Assembly (NCBI GenBank): GCA_016197205.1
Contig: JACPWG010000133.1
Span: 2,777-66,776, forward strand
Direction of reading: 5' to 3'
From: Planctomycetota bacterium
GTDB lineage: Bacteria > Planctomycetota > MHYJ01 > WSZJ01 > JACPWG01
Length of the DNA: 64,000 nucleotides
Both the position numbers and the translations under genes were made by a program. The notes under the pieces are model-generated. The model was not told the DNA's origin and did not search any database. It saw only the letters and a list, made by a program, of their open reading frames with translations. This document shows, piece after piece, positions 17,351-26,084 of the stretch (positions are counted from its first letter, which is position 1; the number at the start of each line of letters is the position of its first letter).

Positions 17351-18550
17351 TCAAGCCTGCCCTTCGTCGCGAGCGGCGTGGCCCGGCGCTGCCACCCGCA
17401 GGCTCTTGACCGCCTCCATCACGCGCGCGATCGCGGCGTCGATCTCGGCTTCGGTGGTGAACCGCCCCAGGGAGAACCGCACGCTCCCGCGAATGCGCGC
17501 CTCGTCGCAGCCAAGGGCGCCGAGGACGTAGCTCGGCTGGGCGAGGGCGCTTGTGCAGGCCGAGCTCGAGGACACGGCCAGCTCGGGCACGCTCTCCATC
17601 AGCTCTTCGCCGTCCACGCCACCGAAGCTCAGGTTCGTCGTGCCGGCCAGCCGGGTGGCCGGGTCGCCATTGACGCGGACGTCCTCGAGGCCGGACAGGA
17701 GACCGCGTTCCAGCCGGTCCCGAAGCACGCCGATCCGTGCCTGCTCCGCGGACCCCTCCGTGCGGCACAGAGCCGCCGCGGCCCCCAGGCCCACGATTCC
17801 CGGGACATTCAGCGTCCCTGAACGAACGCCTTTCTCATGGCCGCCGCCATGCAGAAGCGCCTCCAGGCGCACGCGCGGATCGCGCCGGCGCACGTAGAGA
17901 AACCCCACGCCCTTCGGCCCGCAAAACTTGTGGGCACTTGCGCTGAGGAGGTCGATCCCCATGGCGTCCACGTCGATCGGCTCCTTGCCGAAGGATTGCG
18001 TCGCGTCGGTGTGAAAGAGGACTCCCCGCGCCTTGCAAAGCGCGCCGATCTCGCGGATCGGATGCAGCACGCCCAGCTCGTTGTTCGCGTGCATGACGGA
18101 GACCAGGAGGGTACGATCCGTGAGGGAATCGGCAAGCCGTCGGAGGTCGACATGCCCGCCGGAGTCGACCGGAAGGACGGTAACCCGGCAGCCTTTCCCC
18201 TCCAAGTACTCGGAGGGCTCGAGGACCGCGCGGTGTTCGGTGGCCACCGTGACGAGGTGGTTGCCGCGACCGGCGTAGGCCGGCGCGGCGGCCACGCCCT
18301 TCACGGCCAGATTGTCCGACTCGGTCGCGCCGCTGGTCCAGACGATCTCACGCGGGTCCGCGTTGAGGATGGCGGCGACCTGTTCGCGCGCGGCCTCGAC
18401 CGCCTTCGCGGCGTCGCAACCAAGTGCGTGATGCCGGCTCGCGGCATTCCCGAACCGGTCGCAAAAAAAAGGCAACATGGCCTCGAGGACGCGCGGGTCG
18501 ACGGGCGTGGTCGCGTTGTAATCGAGGTAGATGGGGGGAGCGTGTGTCAT
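17351..18550 (-). CDS. Cysteine desulfurase, NifS/IscS class (PLP-dependent)
   Basis: 399 aa. IYLDYNATTP, SGATESDN, PLP-lysine context SASAHKFCGPKG, and active-site loop SSSSACTS. ATG overlaps the upstream stop (ATGA at 18547-18550). Confidence 0.9.
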   Translation of the reverse strand: MTHAPPIYLDYNATTPVDPRVLEAMLPFFCDRFGNAASRHHALGCDAAKAVEAAREQVAAILNADPREIVWTSGATESDNLAVKGVAAAPAYAGRGNHLVTVATEHRAVLEPSEYLEGKGCRVTVLPVDSGGHVDLRRLADSLTDRTLLVSVMHANNELGVLHPIREIGALCKARGVLFHTDATQSFGKEPIDVDAMGIDLLSASAHKFCGPKGVGFLYVRRRDPRVRLEALLHGGGHEKGVRSGTLNVPGIVGLGAAAALCRTEGSAEQARIGVLRDRLERGLLSGLEDVRVNGDPATRLAGTTNLSFGGVDGEELMESVPELAVSSSSACTSALAQPSYVLGALGCDEARIRGSVRFSLGRFTTEAEIDAAIARVMEAVKSLRVAAPGHAARDEGQA

Positions 18551-20403
18551 GGACGTGCAGCCACCCGGCCCAGCGCGGACACCGTGAAGACCAGCGGGTA
18601 AAGGGCCTCCGAATACCAGAGGCCGGCGAAATAGAGGCCGATCGGCGTGGACGGGAAGACTGTGCCCTCGGCCGTCCGCTCGACGAGCCACCGAGCGCCG
18701 CGGGCGGCGGCCTCGCAGGCCGCCGCGTTTTCCGGCAGGCCCGCGAGCGCATCCACGGCCAGCGCGGTCTCCTCGATCGACGAAGGCACGCCCGGCGCCC
18801 CGCCGAAGCCGCCCTCCGCCCCTTGCGCCGCGACCAGCCAGGCCACTGCGCGTTCGATCGAGCGGCGCCATGCGACGCGCAGCTCGGCGCGCGCCGGCGC
18901 GAGGGCCGCGCACTTCAACACCCGCGCGGTCCCGTACACGGGATTCGCCTGCCCCGGCGCACGCTGGTTTCCGAACCAGAGCGGGATCCACGCGCCGTCC
19001 GCGCGCTGCGTCTCGACGAGGTAGACGAGGGCGCGGTCGCGCGCCCTGTCGAGCCGCGCGCCAAGAGCGGCCGGCAGCTCCGTGACCCACGCGCTCCAGG
19101 CGCGCACCGCGTGCGCCGTGAGGTCCGGGCTGCTCCGATCGAAGGGGAGCTTCCCCCACCCCCGACAAAAGGTGGGGATCCCGCCGTCCCGGTTTTGCAG
19201 TCCGAGGAGCCACTCCGCGCCCGCGGCGGCCGCGCCGCGCACCTCCTCGCCGCCCCCGAGAACCGACAGTGCCAAGAGCGCGCCGGGCGTGTCGTCCGCG
19301 TCGGGCACCCCGCCCGGCAGATCCGTCCACGCCCAACCGCCGGGGGCGGCGCCGGTGTAGACGTGCTCCGACCGGGTCTGCTGCCGAAGCAGCCAAACCC
19401 GGATCACCCGCCGTTCGTCCTCCGACAGCGTTGCTTCCAGCCGGCCGCCAACGGCGAGCGCCTGCACGGACAGGGTCGTGACCCAGGTGGCAAGGTTCAC
19501 GTCGATCGGCCAGCTCCCGTCCTCGCGTACGCCCGCCGCAAGGAACGCCACGCCCCTTCGCGCCACGGGGTGGCCCGCCTCGCCGCCGGCCGCCAGTCCC
19601 ATCGTCACGAAGCTCGTGAGCGGCGTCGCCTCGAGAAAGCCGCCCGACGAGGGTTGGATGGCCTCCAGCACGCGGAGCGTTCTCTTCCGCGCAAGCGCAC
19701 GCGCGAGCCGCGCGATCGGGTTGCGCGTGGGGCAGTGGCGGTGATGGACCTGACCGAGCGCGATGAGCGCCGGCAGGGCGTAGCTCACCACGGGCAGGCC
19801 GAGCCACCGGAACCACGAGCGGGGAACCGCGGCCAACTCGAAGGGGAGTCGCGGGATGCGGTCCCACGCGCCGCGGCCCTCGCCGAAGCGACCGGCCAGC
19901 GCGCACAGCGTGAGAATGGGCACGGAAAACGTGCGGTCCACGCCATACCGACGTCCGATAACGCCCGCCAGCGAACCTGCGGTCAATTCGCCGACCTCGC
20001 GACGGAGCCAAGCCTCCGTTCGGGCGAAAGCGGCCGAAGCCTCGCCGCGCTCAGCGTGCATCCCCAGCGCGGCCCACGCAAGCGTCGTCGTGCTCACGTT
20101 GCTGGGGCTGTCGAGCGTGTCGCCGAAGCCGCCGTCCCCATTCTGATGGGCGACGAGCCAGCCGAGTCCCCCGCCGACGAGGCGCGCGATGTCGTCGCCT
20201 CCTGCCCCGCCCTGGCGGCGCACCAACTCCAGCGCCACGATCGCCGTCGCGGTCGAGAGCGCGCTCGACGACAGCCGCCCCTCCCAATGACCGCCCCCCG
20301 CCACACGCGCCGTGAGAAGCCGGTTCCGTGCGTTGTAGAGCGTTCGCTCGATCGCCTTGCGAGCTTCCGCCGTACGGCTCGACTGCGCTAGGGTCCCTGG
20401 CAC
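18547..20403 (-). CDS. Squalene-hopene cyclase family class II terpene cyclase (divergent)
   Basis: 618 aa. DXDD-type motif VPDADDTPGA. Several QW-like repeats (QNGDGGFG, QNRDGGIP, TQRADGAW, AQGAEGGFGG). Collinear by eye with A. acidocaldarius SHC. GTG start with AGGGAG upstream. Confidence 0.85.
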   Translation of the reverse strand: MPGTLAQSSRTAEARKAIERTLYNARNRLLTARVAGGGHWEGRLSSSALSTATAIVALELVRRQGGAGGDDIARLVGGGLGWLVAHQNGDGGFGDTLDSPSNVSTTTLAWAALGMHAERGEASAAFARTEAWLRREVGELTAGSLAGVIGRRYGVDRTFSVPILTLCALAGRFGEGRGAWDRIPRLPFELAAVPRSWFRWLGLPVVSYALPALIALGQVHHRHCPTRNPIARLARALARKRTLRVLEAIQPSSGGFLEATPLTSFVTMGLAAGGEAGHPVARRGVAFLAAGVREDGSWPIDVNLATWVTTLSVQALAVGGRLEATLSEDERRVIRVWLLRQQTRSEHVYTGAAPGGWAWTDLPGGVPDADDTPGALLALSVLGGGEEVRGAAAAGAEWLLGLQNRDGGIPTFCRGWGKLPFDRSSPDLTAHAVRAWSAWVTELPAALGARLDRARDRALVYLVETQRADGAWIPLWFGNQRAPGQANPVYGTARVLKCAALAPARAELRVAWRRSIERAVAWLVAAQGAEGGFGGAPGVPSSIEETALAVDALAGLPENAAACEAAARGARWLVERTAEGTVFPSTPIGLYFAGLWYSEALYPLVFTVSALGRVAARP

Positions 20404-20696
20404 GGGACTCCCTGTTTTTCCACCACCAGTATCGAACAGGAACTTCTCCCCCGGCGTAACACCAAAAAGTGTCCGTGGTGATCAGCCCTTTTGCCCACAT
20501 CGGCGAAGAGGAGGTTCTATCGACTGAAAATCCTCTGCGCCTCCGCGTCTCTGTGTTTCGTTCCCCCCAATCTCAGGCCACGGGTATCCACTTTATTCAA
20601 TTGGGGTTCTTGATCCGGCCTCCGGCCTCGCGATTTCCGTCATGTCTCAAATTGCCGCCGACGTCGCGCCCGGCCGACCCGGACGTTTCGCTTCGT

Positions 20697-20721
20697 GGGC
20701 ACGGCAGCGCCGTGCCCCTAC
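20697..20721. repeat. R4 palindrome (single copy)
   Basis: GGGCACGGCAGCGCCGTGCCCCTAC in the 370-nt gap upstream of the cyclase gene. Confidence 0.7.
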
Positions 20722-20773
20722 GAATTCCACCCATCGCCGAGTGCCACCCAAAATTGAACCCTGCCAGACTTCC

Positions 20774-21652
20774 TCACACCAAGCTCAGGTGCCCCAGCGC
20801 CAGCAACCCATAGTACGTGTACTCGCAGTCCGGCTCCTCGTCCGCCCACGTCCCGCAAAACCCTCTTCCCGTCCAGAGCGTGTCCACGAAATCGAGCGCG
20901 GCCTCCCGCAAATGACCGACCGGCACGTGCAGCCCGGCCAGCGAGTGGAGCGCGGTCGCCGTGGAGAGCAGGTCCGGGATGGGCGTCTCTTTCGCAGCCG
21001 CGAACCCGCCCTCGGGCCGCGCGCGCGCCAGCAGCCAGTCGCCGGCGCGCGGCGGGACCGGGGCGCCCAGGTTGCGAAGCGCGGTGACGGCCCCGGCGGT
21101 CGTGGGCGTGGTCCCGACACGAATGCCCGGCCGGTTCGCGAACGACCCGTCCTCGAGCTGAAGCGCGGCGAGCGAACCGGCGAGCGCCACGGGCTCCGCG
21201 GGCCCGACGCCGAGGTCCTGCAGCGCGCCCAGCGCCAGGAAGCCGTGGTAGGCCGTCCCGTGGCGCGCGCCCGGCGCCGGCGCGTACCCGCCGTCCGCGG
21301 CACGGCAGCGCTCGATCCGCTCCGCCAGTCGCCGCGCGGTCTCAGCACCTCCGGCTCCCCCACCGCCTGCGCGAGGCAGCGCGGCGCGGCAGCGCGCGAG
21401 GCACGCCAGATGAACGAGGTCCAGCCCCTCCCCGTCACCGAAGCCGTCGAGGTAAGGGCGGAGCTTCGCGAAGGGGGGCTCGTGCTGAAAGGCCACGAGC
21501 CCCTCGATGCCGAACACCGTGTAGTAGAGATCGCTCTCCCCCGCCCGGTCCTTGACCCCGCCCTCCTCGCTCCACTGCCCGTGCAGGTACTCGACGACGC
21601 GCTCAGCGGCTGCCGAGAGGAGCTTCGGCGCCAGCCGCGCGACTTGCAGCAT
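20774..21652 (-). CDS. Prenyltransferase/squalene-oxidase repeat protein (protein prenyltransferase beta-subunit-like alpha-alpha toroid)
   Basis: Five or six repeats of the type DGGYAPAPG, EDGSFANRPG, PEGGFAAAKE and GRGFCGTW. Start ambiguous: ATG 21652 has GAGG 6 nt upstream, ATG 21664 is also possible. Either start overlaps the upstream gene by at least 50 nt. Confidence 0.75.
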   Translation of the reverse strand: MLQVARLAPKLLSAAAERVVEYLHGQWSEEGGVKDRAGESDLYYTVFGIEGLVAFQHEPPFAKLRPYLDGFGDGEGLDLVHLACLARCRAALPRAGGGGAGGAETARRLAERIERCRAADGGYAPAPGARHGTAYHGFLALGALQDLGVGPAEPVALAGSLAALQLEDGSFANRPGIRVGTTPTTAGAVTALRNLGAPVPPRAGDWLLARARPEGGFAAAKETPIPDLLSTATALHSLAGLHVPVGHLREAALDFVDTLWTGRGFCGTWADEEPDCEYTYYGLLALGHLSLV

Positions 21653-23414
21653 TTCGAGCCTCATACTCACTGCAATATCCTTCGAGCAGGCGCTCACCGA
21701 AGATCTTGCCGACCACGCGGCGCAACAGTCCCTTCAGCGTCGCGTTCGAGAGGAAGCGCAGGCTCCGGATCGCTTCCTCTTTGTAGGCCTCCAGCAGGTC
21801 GTCGGCCTTCTCAAGAACGCCGCGCGCGTCGAGGATGCGCCGCAGCTCGCCGGCGACTTCCGCGTACCGGCGCTCGCCGCGAAACAAGGCGCCCACCAGC
21901 TCCCGCTCCGCGTCCCCCTCGGCCCGCTTGTGCGCGATGGCGAGGACCAGGGACGGGCGCAGGTCCTCAAGGTCGTTCGAGTCCCCCTCGCCACCGTAGT
22001 CCTCCACGTCGTCGCGGATCTGGTAGGCGATCCCCAACGCCTCGCTGTACTTTCGGAGGACGTCGTGCGTCGCGTCGTCCGCGCCCCCGAGGAAGGCGCC
22101 GAGCCGGAGCGCGACTTCGAACGCGGGCGCGGTCTTTTTGCGGAAGATGTCGAGGACCTCCATCGAACCGAGCGGCCCGGGCGCGCGCGCCCAGAGCAAC
22201 TCCTGCCCCTGACCGCGGCTGAGCGTGACGTGCCCGGCCGCCGCGACCCGCAGCATCTCGACCCGCACGCCCGCATCGACCGAAAGTTCGCCGAGCAGCC
22301 GGTAGCCCTCGCCCAGCAGGAAGTCTCCGACGTTCAGCGCCACGGGCACGCCGACCTCCGCATGGAGGGTCCGCTCCCCGTAGCGCGTCTCGTCGCCGTC
22401 CTCGATGTCGTCGTGCACGAGCGAAGCCTTGTGGAAGCACTCGACCGCGACGGCGAGCTTGCGCAGGTCCGGCGACGCCGCCGGCGACTCCTCGCAGCGT
22501 CCGCGCCACAGCGACAGGTACGCGCACGTGGCGAGGTACGGCCGCCACCTCTTGCCGGCCTTGGCCAGCCAGTCGCGTGCGAGCCGCGCGGTGTCGTCCC
22601 CGGGCTCGCCGAGCAGCTCTGCCAGGCGGTCCTTTTCAAACCAGCCCTGCACCTCGCTTTTCAAGGCGTCGAGGTCCAGCCGGTAGGCCTTGTCCTCGGA
22701 GGTCAGATGGATGACGTCCCAGACCCAGTCCAGGTCCACGGTCGTGTTGATGCAATCGTCCTGGAGGAGCGGAATCGCCATGCCGGGGATCGCCGCGGCT
22801 TCCATGTGGGGAAAGCACTTCTCGAGCACGTTGATGCAACTCACGCCGACGACCGCCTCGATCTTCCCGGTCTCGATCATCTGCCGGACGATGGCCGAGC
22901 CCTCGGCAACGAGGACCGCGTAGCCCAGCCGCTCCGCCTCGACGGTGAGGTCCTGGATGGAGCAGAGGCCGCACTCCTTGCAGAGCAGGCCGAACTCATC
23001 GAAGGGGGCGGGACACTTGTCCTCGACGCGCAGGCACTTCGGGAGGAGGAGCAGCCGGCGGTCGTACGGGATCCGCGCGAGCGTGTCGCGCCAGGCCCAA
23101 TTCGAGACCAGGATCGCCGCGTAGTTCTGATACTTGCGGTCGAGACCGAGTTCGTCGAGCACCCGCGCGGAGTGCTCGCGCAGCTCCTGCATCGTGAGCG
23201 GAGGCACCGCGCCCGACCGACGGACGTGTTCCGCCGCGGCGCGTTGGAGGCGGACGCGGTCGCGCTTGTCGTCCGGGATGTTCGACTGGGCCCGCCGGTA
23301 GCGCTGCTTCGGGACCCGCGGCGGGAGCGCGAGCGGCGCGCCCGTGCCGAAGAAGCCCGGCGCGGGCGGCGCGGCGGCGGCCTTCTCGGAACTTTTCGAT
23401 GGCTCCTGGTTCAC
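21603..23414 (-). CDS. DUF116-like Cys-rich domain fused to trans-polyprenyl diphosphate synthase
   Basis: N half carries LLLLPKCLRVEDKCPAPFDEFGLLCKECGLCSI (DUF116-like). C half carries FARM LVHDDIEDGD with small residues at -4/-5, and SARM IRDDVED. GTG 23414 abuts the upstream stop (TAGTG); start uncertain. Confidence 0.8.
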   Translation of the reverse strand: MNQEPSKSSEKAAAAPPAPGFFGTGAPLALPPRVPKQRYRRAQSNIPDDKRDRVRLQRAAAEHVRRSGAVPPLTMQELREHSARVLDELGLDRKYQNYAAILVSNWAWRDTLARIPYDRRLLLLPKCLRVEDKCPAPFDEFGLLCKECGLCSIQDLTVEAERLGYAVLVAEGSAIVRQMIETGKIEAVVGVSCINVLEKCFPHMEAAAIPGMAIPLLQDDCINTTVDLDWVWDVIHLTSEDKAYRLDLDALKSEVQGWFEKDRLAELLGEPGDDTARLARDWLAKAGKRWRPYLATCAYLSLWRGRCEESPAASPDLRKLAVAVECFHKASLVHDDIEDGDETRYGERTLHAEVGVPVALNVGDFLLGEGYRLLGELSVDAGVRVEMLRVAAAGHVTLSRGQGQELLWARAPGPLGSMEVLDIFRKKTAPAFEVALRLGAFLGGADDATHDVLRKYSEALGIAYQIRDDVEDYGGEGDSNDLEDLRPSLVLAIAHKRAEGDAERELVGALFRGERRYAEVAGELRRILDARGVLEKADDLLEAYKEEAIRSLRFLSNATLKGLLRRVVGKIFGERLLEGYCSEYEARNAASRAAGAEAPLGSR

Positions 23415-24607
23415 TACGTGTACGCTCCAAACCCGAAGAACCAGTTTTTTTTCGCAAAACGATAGGCCCAGTTTTCCTCCGGCAGCTCGTGTCCCGGGTT
23501 GTGCTGGCTCGGCCGTGAGCTCATGGCCGCCAGCTCCGGGAGGGCCGTGCGCCGGAGCGTGGTGTCGCGGGCGCCGTGACGCGTCACGACCTCCCGGAGG
23601 AGGTCCGGTCGTTCCAGCACGATGCACCCGCGCGTGGCCTTGGCCGCCGTCTTGCGGAAGTCCTCAAGGAGGCGCGAGCCGGTCATCGTCTGGAAGATGT
23701 CCCCGCCGTTGTCATGGATGGTCTCGGTGGCGAACTGGACGATCGGACAGGGCTCGACGTCGCCGAACGGGCTGATGTGGTGGCTGATCCCGGTCGCGGC
23801 CGGGCAGAGGGCCTGCCCCTCGTCGTCGTAGTAGGCGTCGACGATGCCGATCGGCTTGCGGTTTCGCATGTCGAGGACGAACCGCCGGAGCTGGAGCACC
23901 TGGTCGGGACGCAGCGCGAGGTCGGGATTCGGCGAGGGGCCCACCGGCCGGTAGGTGTGGAACCAGGTGTAGTGCACGCCGAGTTCGAGGAGCCGGTCGA
24001 TCCAGGATTCGCGGACGAGGTCGTCGAAATTGCTCTGGCAGACGCTCGTGGCGACGCCGGTGATGAGGCGATGTCGGAGGCTCGCCTCCAGGCCGGCAAG
24101 CGTCCGGCCGAGGACCCCCTTCCGGCCGCGTCGGACGTCGCTCACCGCCTCGCTCCCCTCGATGCTGATGAGGGGCGTGGCGTTGCCCACGCGTCGCAGG
24201 TCGGCGGCGACGGAGTCGGTGATATAGTGGCCGTTCGTGAAGATCTGGAAGTAGCAATCGGTGTGGGCGCGGAGGATGCGGAGCAGCTCCGGGTGAAGGA
24301 AGGGCTCGCCCCCGAGGATGCCGAAGAAACTGTTCCCGTGCCGCTTCGCATTGCGCAACAGTCGGTCCATGTCCGCGAACTTGATCACCGCCTGCGGCCG
24401 ATCCACGTCCACCCAGCAGCCCTGGCAACGGAGGTTGCACCCGTTCGTGATCGAGATGTAGAGGAAGGGGGGGAAGGTCTTCCCTTCTTTGAGCCGCGCC
24501 TTGAAGCGCTGGACGGAGAGCATCCCCTTGAAGCCGAAGTTGTAGGCGATTTTCCAGAGCAACCGCGGCTCGCTAGAGCGGTACATGCGCCAGGCGAGCT
24601 GCCCCAT
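23414..24607 (-). CDS. Radical SAM enzyme with SPASM/twitch-like C-terminal Cys motif
   Basis: 397 aa. CNLRCQGC is a CX3CX2C motif. GGEPF. Later CPAATGISHHISPFGDVEPCP. Amphipathic N-terminus. Confidence 0.85.
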   Translation of the reverse strand: MGQLAWRMYRSSEPRLLWKIAYNFGFKGMLSVQRFKARLKEGKTFPPFLYISITNGCNLRCQGCWVDVDRPQAVIKFADMDRLLRNAKRHGNSFFGILGGEPFLHPELLRILRAHTDCYFQIFTNGHYITDSVAADLRRVGNATPLISIEGSEAVSDVRRGRKGVLGRTLAGLEASLRHRLITGVATSVCQSNFDDLVRESWIDRLLELGVHYTWFHTYRPVGPSPNPDLALRPDQVLQLRRFVLDMRNRKPIGIVDAYYDDEGQALCPAATGISHHISPFGDVEPCPIVQFATETIHDNGGDIFQTMTGSRLLEDFRKTAAKATRGCIVLERPDLLREVVTRHGARDTTLRRTALPELAAMSSRPSQHNPGHELPEENWAYRFAKKNWFFGFGAYT

Positions 24608-24617
24608 GACGCGCGAG

Positions 24618-24777
24618 AAATCCCAAATCCCAAATCCCAAATCCCAAAGACGCTTCACCGGACGGTGCGATACGGTGTGCGAGTGTCCACTCACAACGCG
24701 CGGACTGGGCCCGGCCACGTCGACGCAGGCGACGTCGTCGTCCGTTTTGGGATTTGGGATTTGGGATTTGGGATTTT
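24618..24777. repeat. Inverted (GGGATTT)4 heptamer arrays flanking a ~96-nt loop
   Basis: CCCAAAT x4 at 24618-24648 and GGGATTT x4 at 24745-24777. Each arm fits G3N4G3N4G3N4G3. Lies in the intercistronic gap, 11 nt upstream of the radical SAM ATG. Confidence 0.85.
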
Positions 24778-24783
24778 GCAGCA

Positions 24784-25674
24784 TCAGATCCCCCATTCCT
24801 CCGGCGACGGCCCCGCCGCCGGTCGAGTGTCCTTCACGGTCTGCGAGCGCGCCTGGCGCGCGGCGAGTTTGGAACGGGCGCGTTCGGCCCGGGCCTGGAT
24901 GTCCTCCACGCTCGGGAGGCTCATGAGGACCTCGTCCGGGATGTCGAGGCCCTTTTGCAACTCTTTCAAGCAGCGCTTGCGTTCGAGGAGCGCGCGCGAC
25001 TCGTCCCGCTCCGTGGAAAAGCGCTTGCGGGCATCCTGCGTCCGGGAGCGCAACGACGCGTAAAGGTCGCCGCCGAGGAGGGCGGAGATGTCGACCTTCA
25101 TCGCCTCCCTGCGGATATCTTCCTGCCGGACCACGTCGCCGTTGATGGGCCCGCTCCGGTATTTCGGAAACAGGATGGCGACCTCCGGACAGACGCGCGA
25201 GCACGCCGGGCAATCGGTCTTGCAATTGGACGAGTTTTGGACCGCGATCCGACTCTCCGAGTCCACGCCGTAGACGTCGAACAGGCAAAACGTGAGGCAT
25301 TGCATGCAATTCGTACAACGCTGATAGTCGATCACGGGGAACCAGGGCTTCCACTCGCCGGGCTTGCGCGCGCCGCTGCGGTCACGGACTTCGCGGGCGA
25401 CGGCCAGGATCTGCTCGGGGCTCAGCGTGGTGACGTCGCGGGCCTGCACCTCTCCCTGCATCGGCGGGGGCGAACCGCCGTCGAAGCGGCCGAGGACGAG
25501 GACGGGCGCGGCGTCGGCGCGCGCCACTTGCCCACCTTGGGCGGGGCGGCTCACCTCGAAGCCGTGCTCGAGCAGCGACGAGACCGTCCGGAAGCGCTCG
25601 TCGGCGGGGAGCGGAGCGCTGCCCGGTCCTTCGTAGAGCACCACGCGCAAATTCACGCCGTCCGTTCGACTCAC
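24784..25674 (-). CDS. 2x[4Fe-4S] ferredoxin-domain protein with N-terminal alpha/beta domain and helical tail
   Basis: CTNCMQCLTFC and CKTDCPACSRVCP cluster motifs. GTG start overlaps the upstream stop (GTGA at 25671-25674). Confidence 0.75.
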   Translation of the reverse strand: MSRTDGVNLRVVLYEGPGSAPLPADERFRTVSSLLEHGFEVSRPAQGGQVARADAAPVLVLGRFDGGSPPPMQGEVQARDVTTLSPEQILAVAREVRDRSGARKPGEWKPWFPVIDYQRCTNCMQCLTFCLFDVYGVDSESRIAVQNSSNCKTDCPACSRVCPEVAILFPKYRSGPINGDVVRQEDIRREAMKVDISALLGGDLYASLRSRTQDARKRFSTERDESRALLERKRCLKELQKGLDIPDEVLMSLPSVEDIQARAERARSKLAARQARSQTVKDTRPAAGPSPEEWGI

Positions 25675-26084
25675 GCCGTCCCCTCCTGCGGTACGAGGGA
25701 GGAGTGGGCCGCGGAGTCGGGCAGCAGCTTGGCGAGCACCGCGTCGGCGGTTTGCGTGCGCATGTTGAGCACCTCGACGCCCGCTTCGGGGAGCGGCGCG
25801 CCCGCGGCATGGAAGAGCCACCTGACCGCGCGCGGGTAGCAGGCCGCGATCCGGACCGGGCCGGAGCCGACGAGGGTCTTGAGCGCGGGGTCCTTCCGCG
25901 CCGACAAGTCACAGAGGTCCGCGACGGCGTCGAAGGCCGCCCCGGACTCGCACAGCCGGCGGAGCACGCCCTGCTTCACCTCGGGCGGGACGACCTTCGC
26001 GTAGGTGCAGTTGCAGTAGAGGATGCGACCGCCGGTCGCAGGAACGGCCGAAGTCGCAACGCGGTCACCTGTCGGTTCGCTCAC
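25671..26084 (-). CDS. Small conserved-Cys hypothetical protein
   Basis: 137 aa with ILYCNCTYAKVVP and IAACYPRAV. GTG start overlaps the upstream stop (GTGA at 26081-26084). High GC3. Confidence 0.6.
   Translation of the reverse strand: MSEPTGDRVATSAVPATGGRILYCNCTYAKVVPPEVKQGVLRRLCESGAAFDAVADLCDLSARKDPALKTLVGSGPVRIAACYPRAVRWLFHAAGAPLPEAGVEVLNMRTQTADAVLAKLLPDSAAHSSLVPQEGTA

Noticed and set aside
17351-20011. 886-aa ORF suggesting a giant N-terminally extended cysteine desulfurase
   Set aside because: Only the last 399 aa (from MTHAPPIYLDYN at 18550) look like NifS/IscS. The upstream part is Arg-rich junk in an alternative frame of the cyclase gene.
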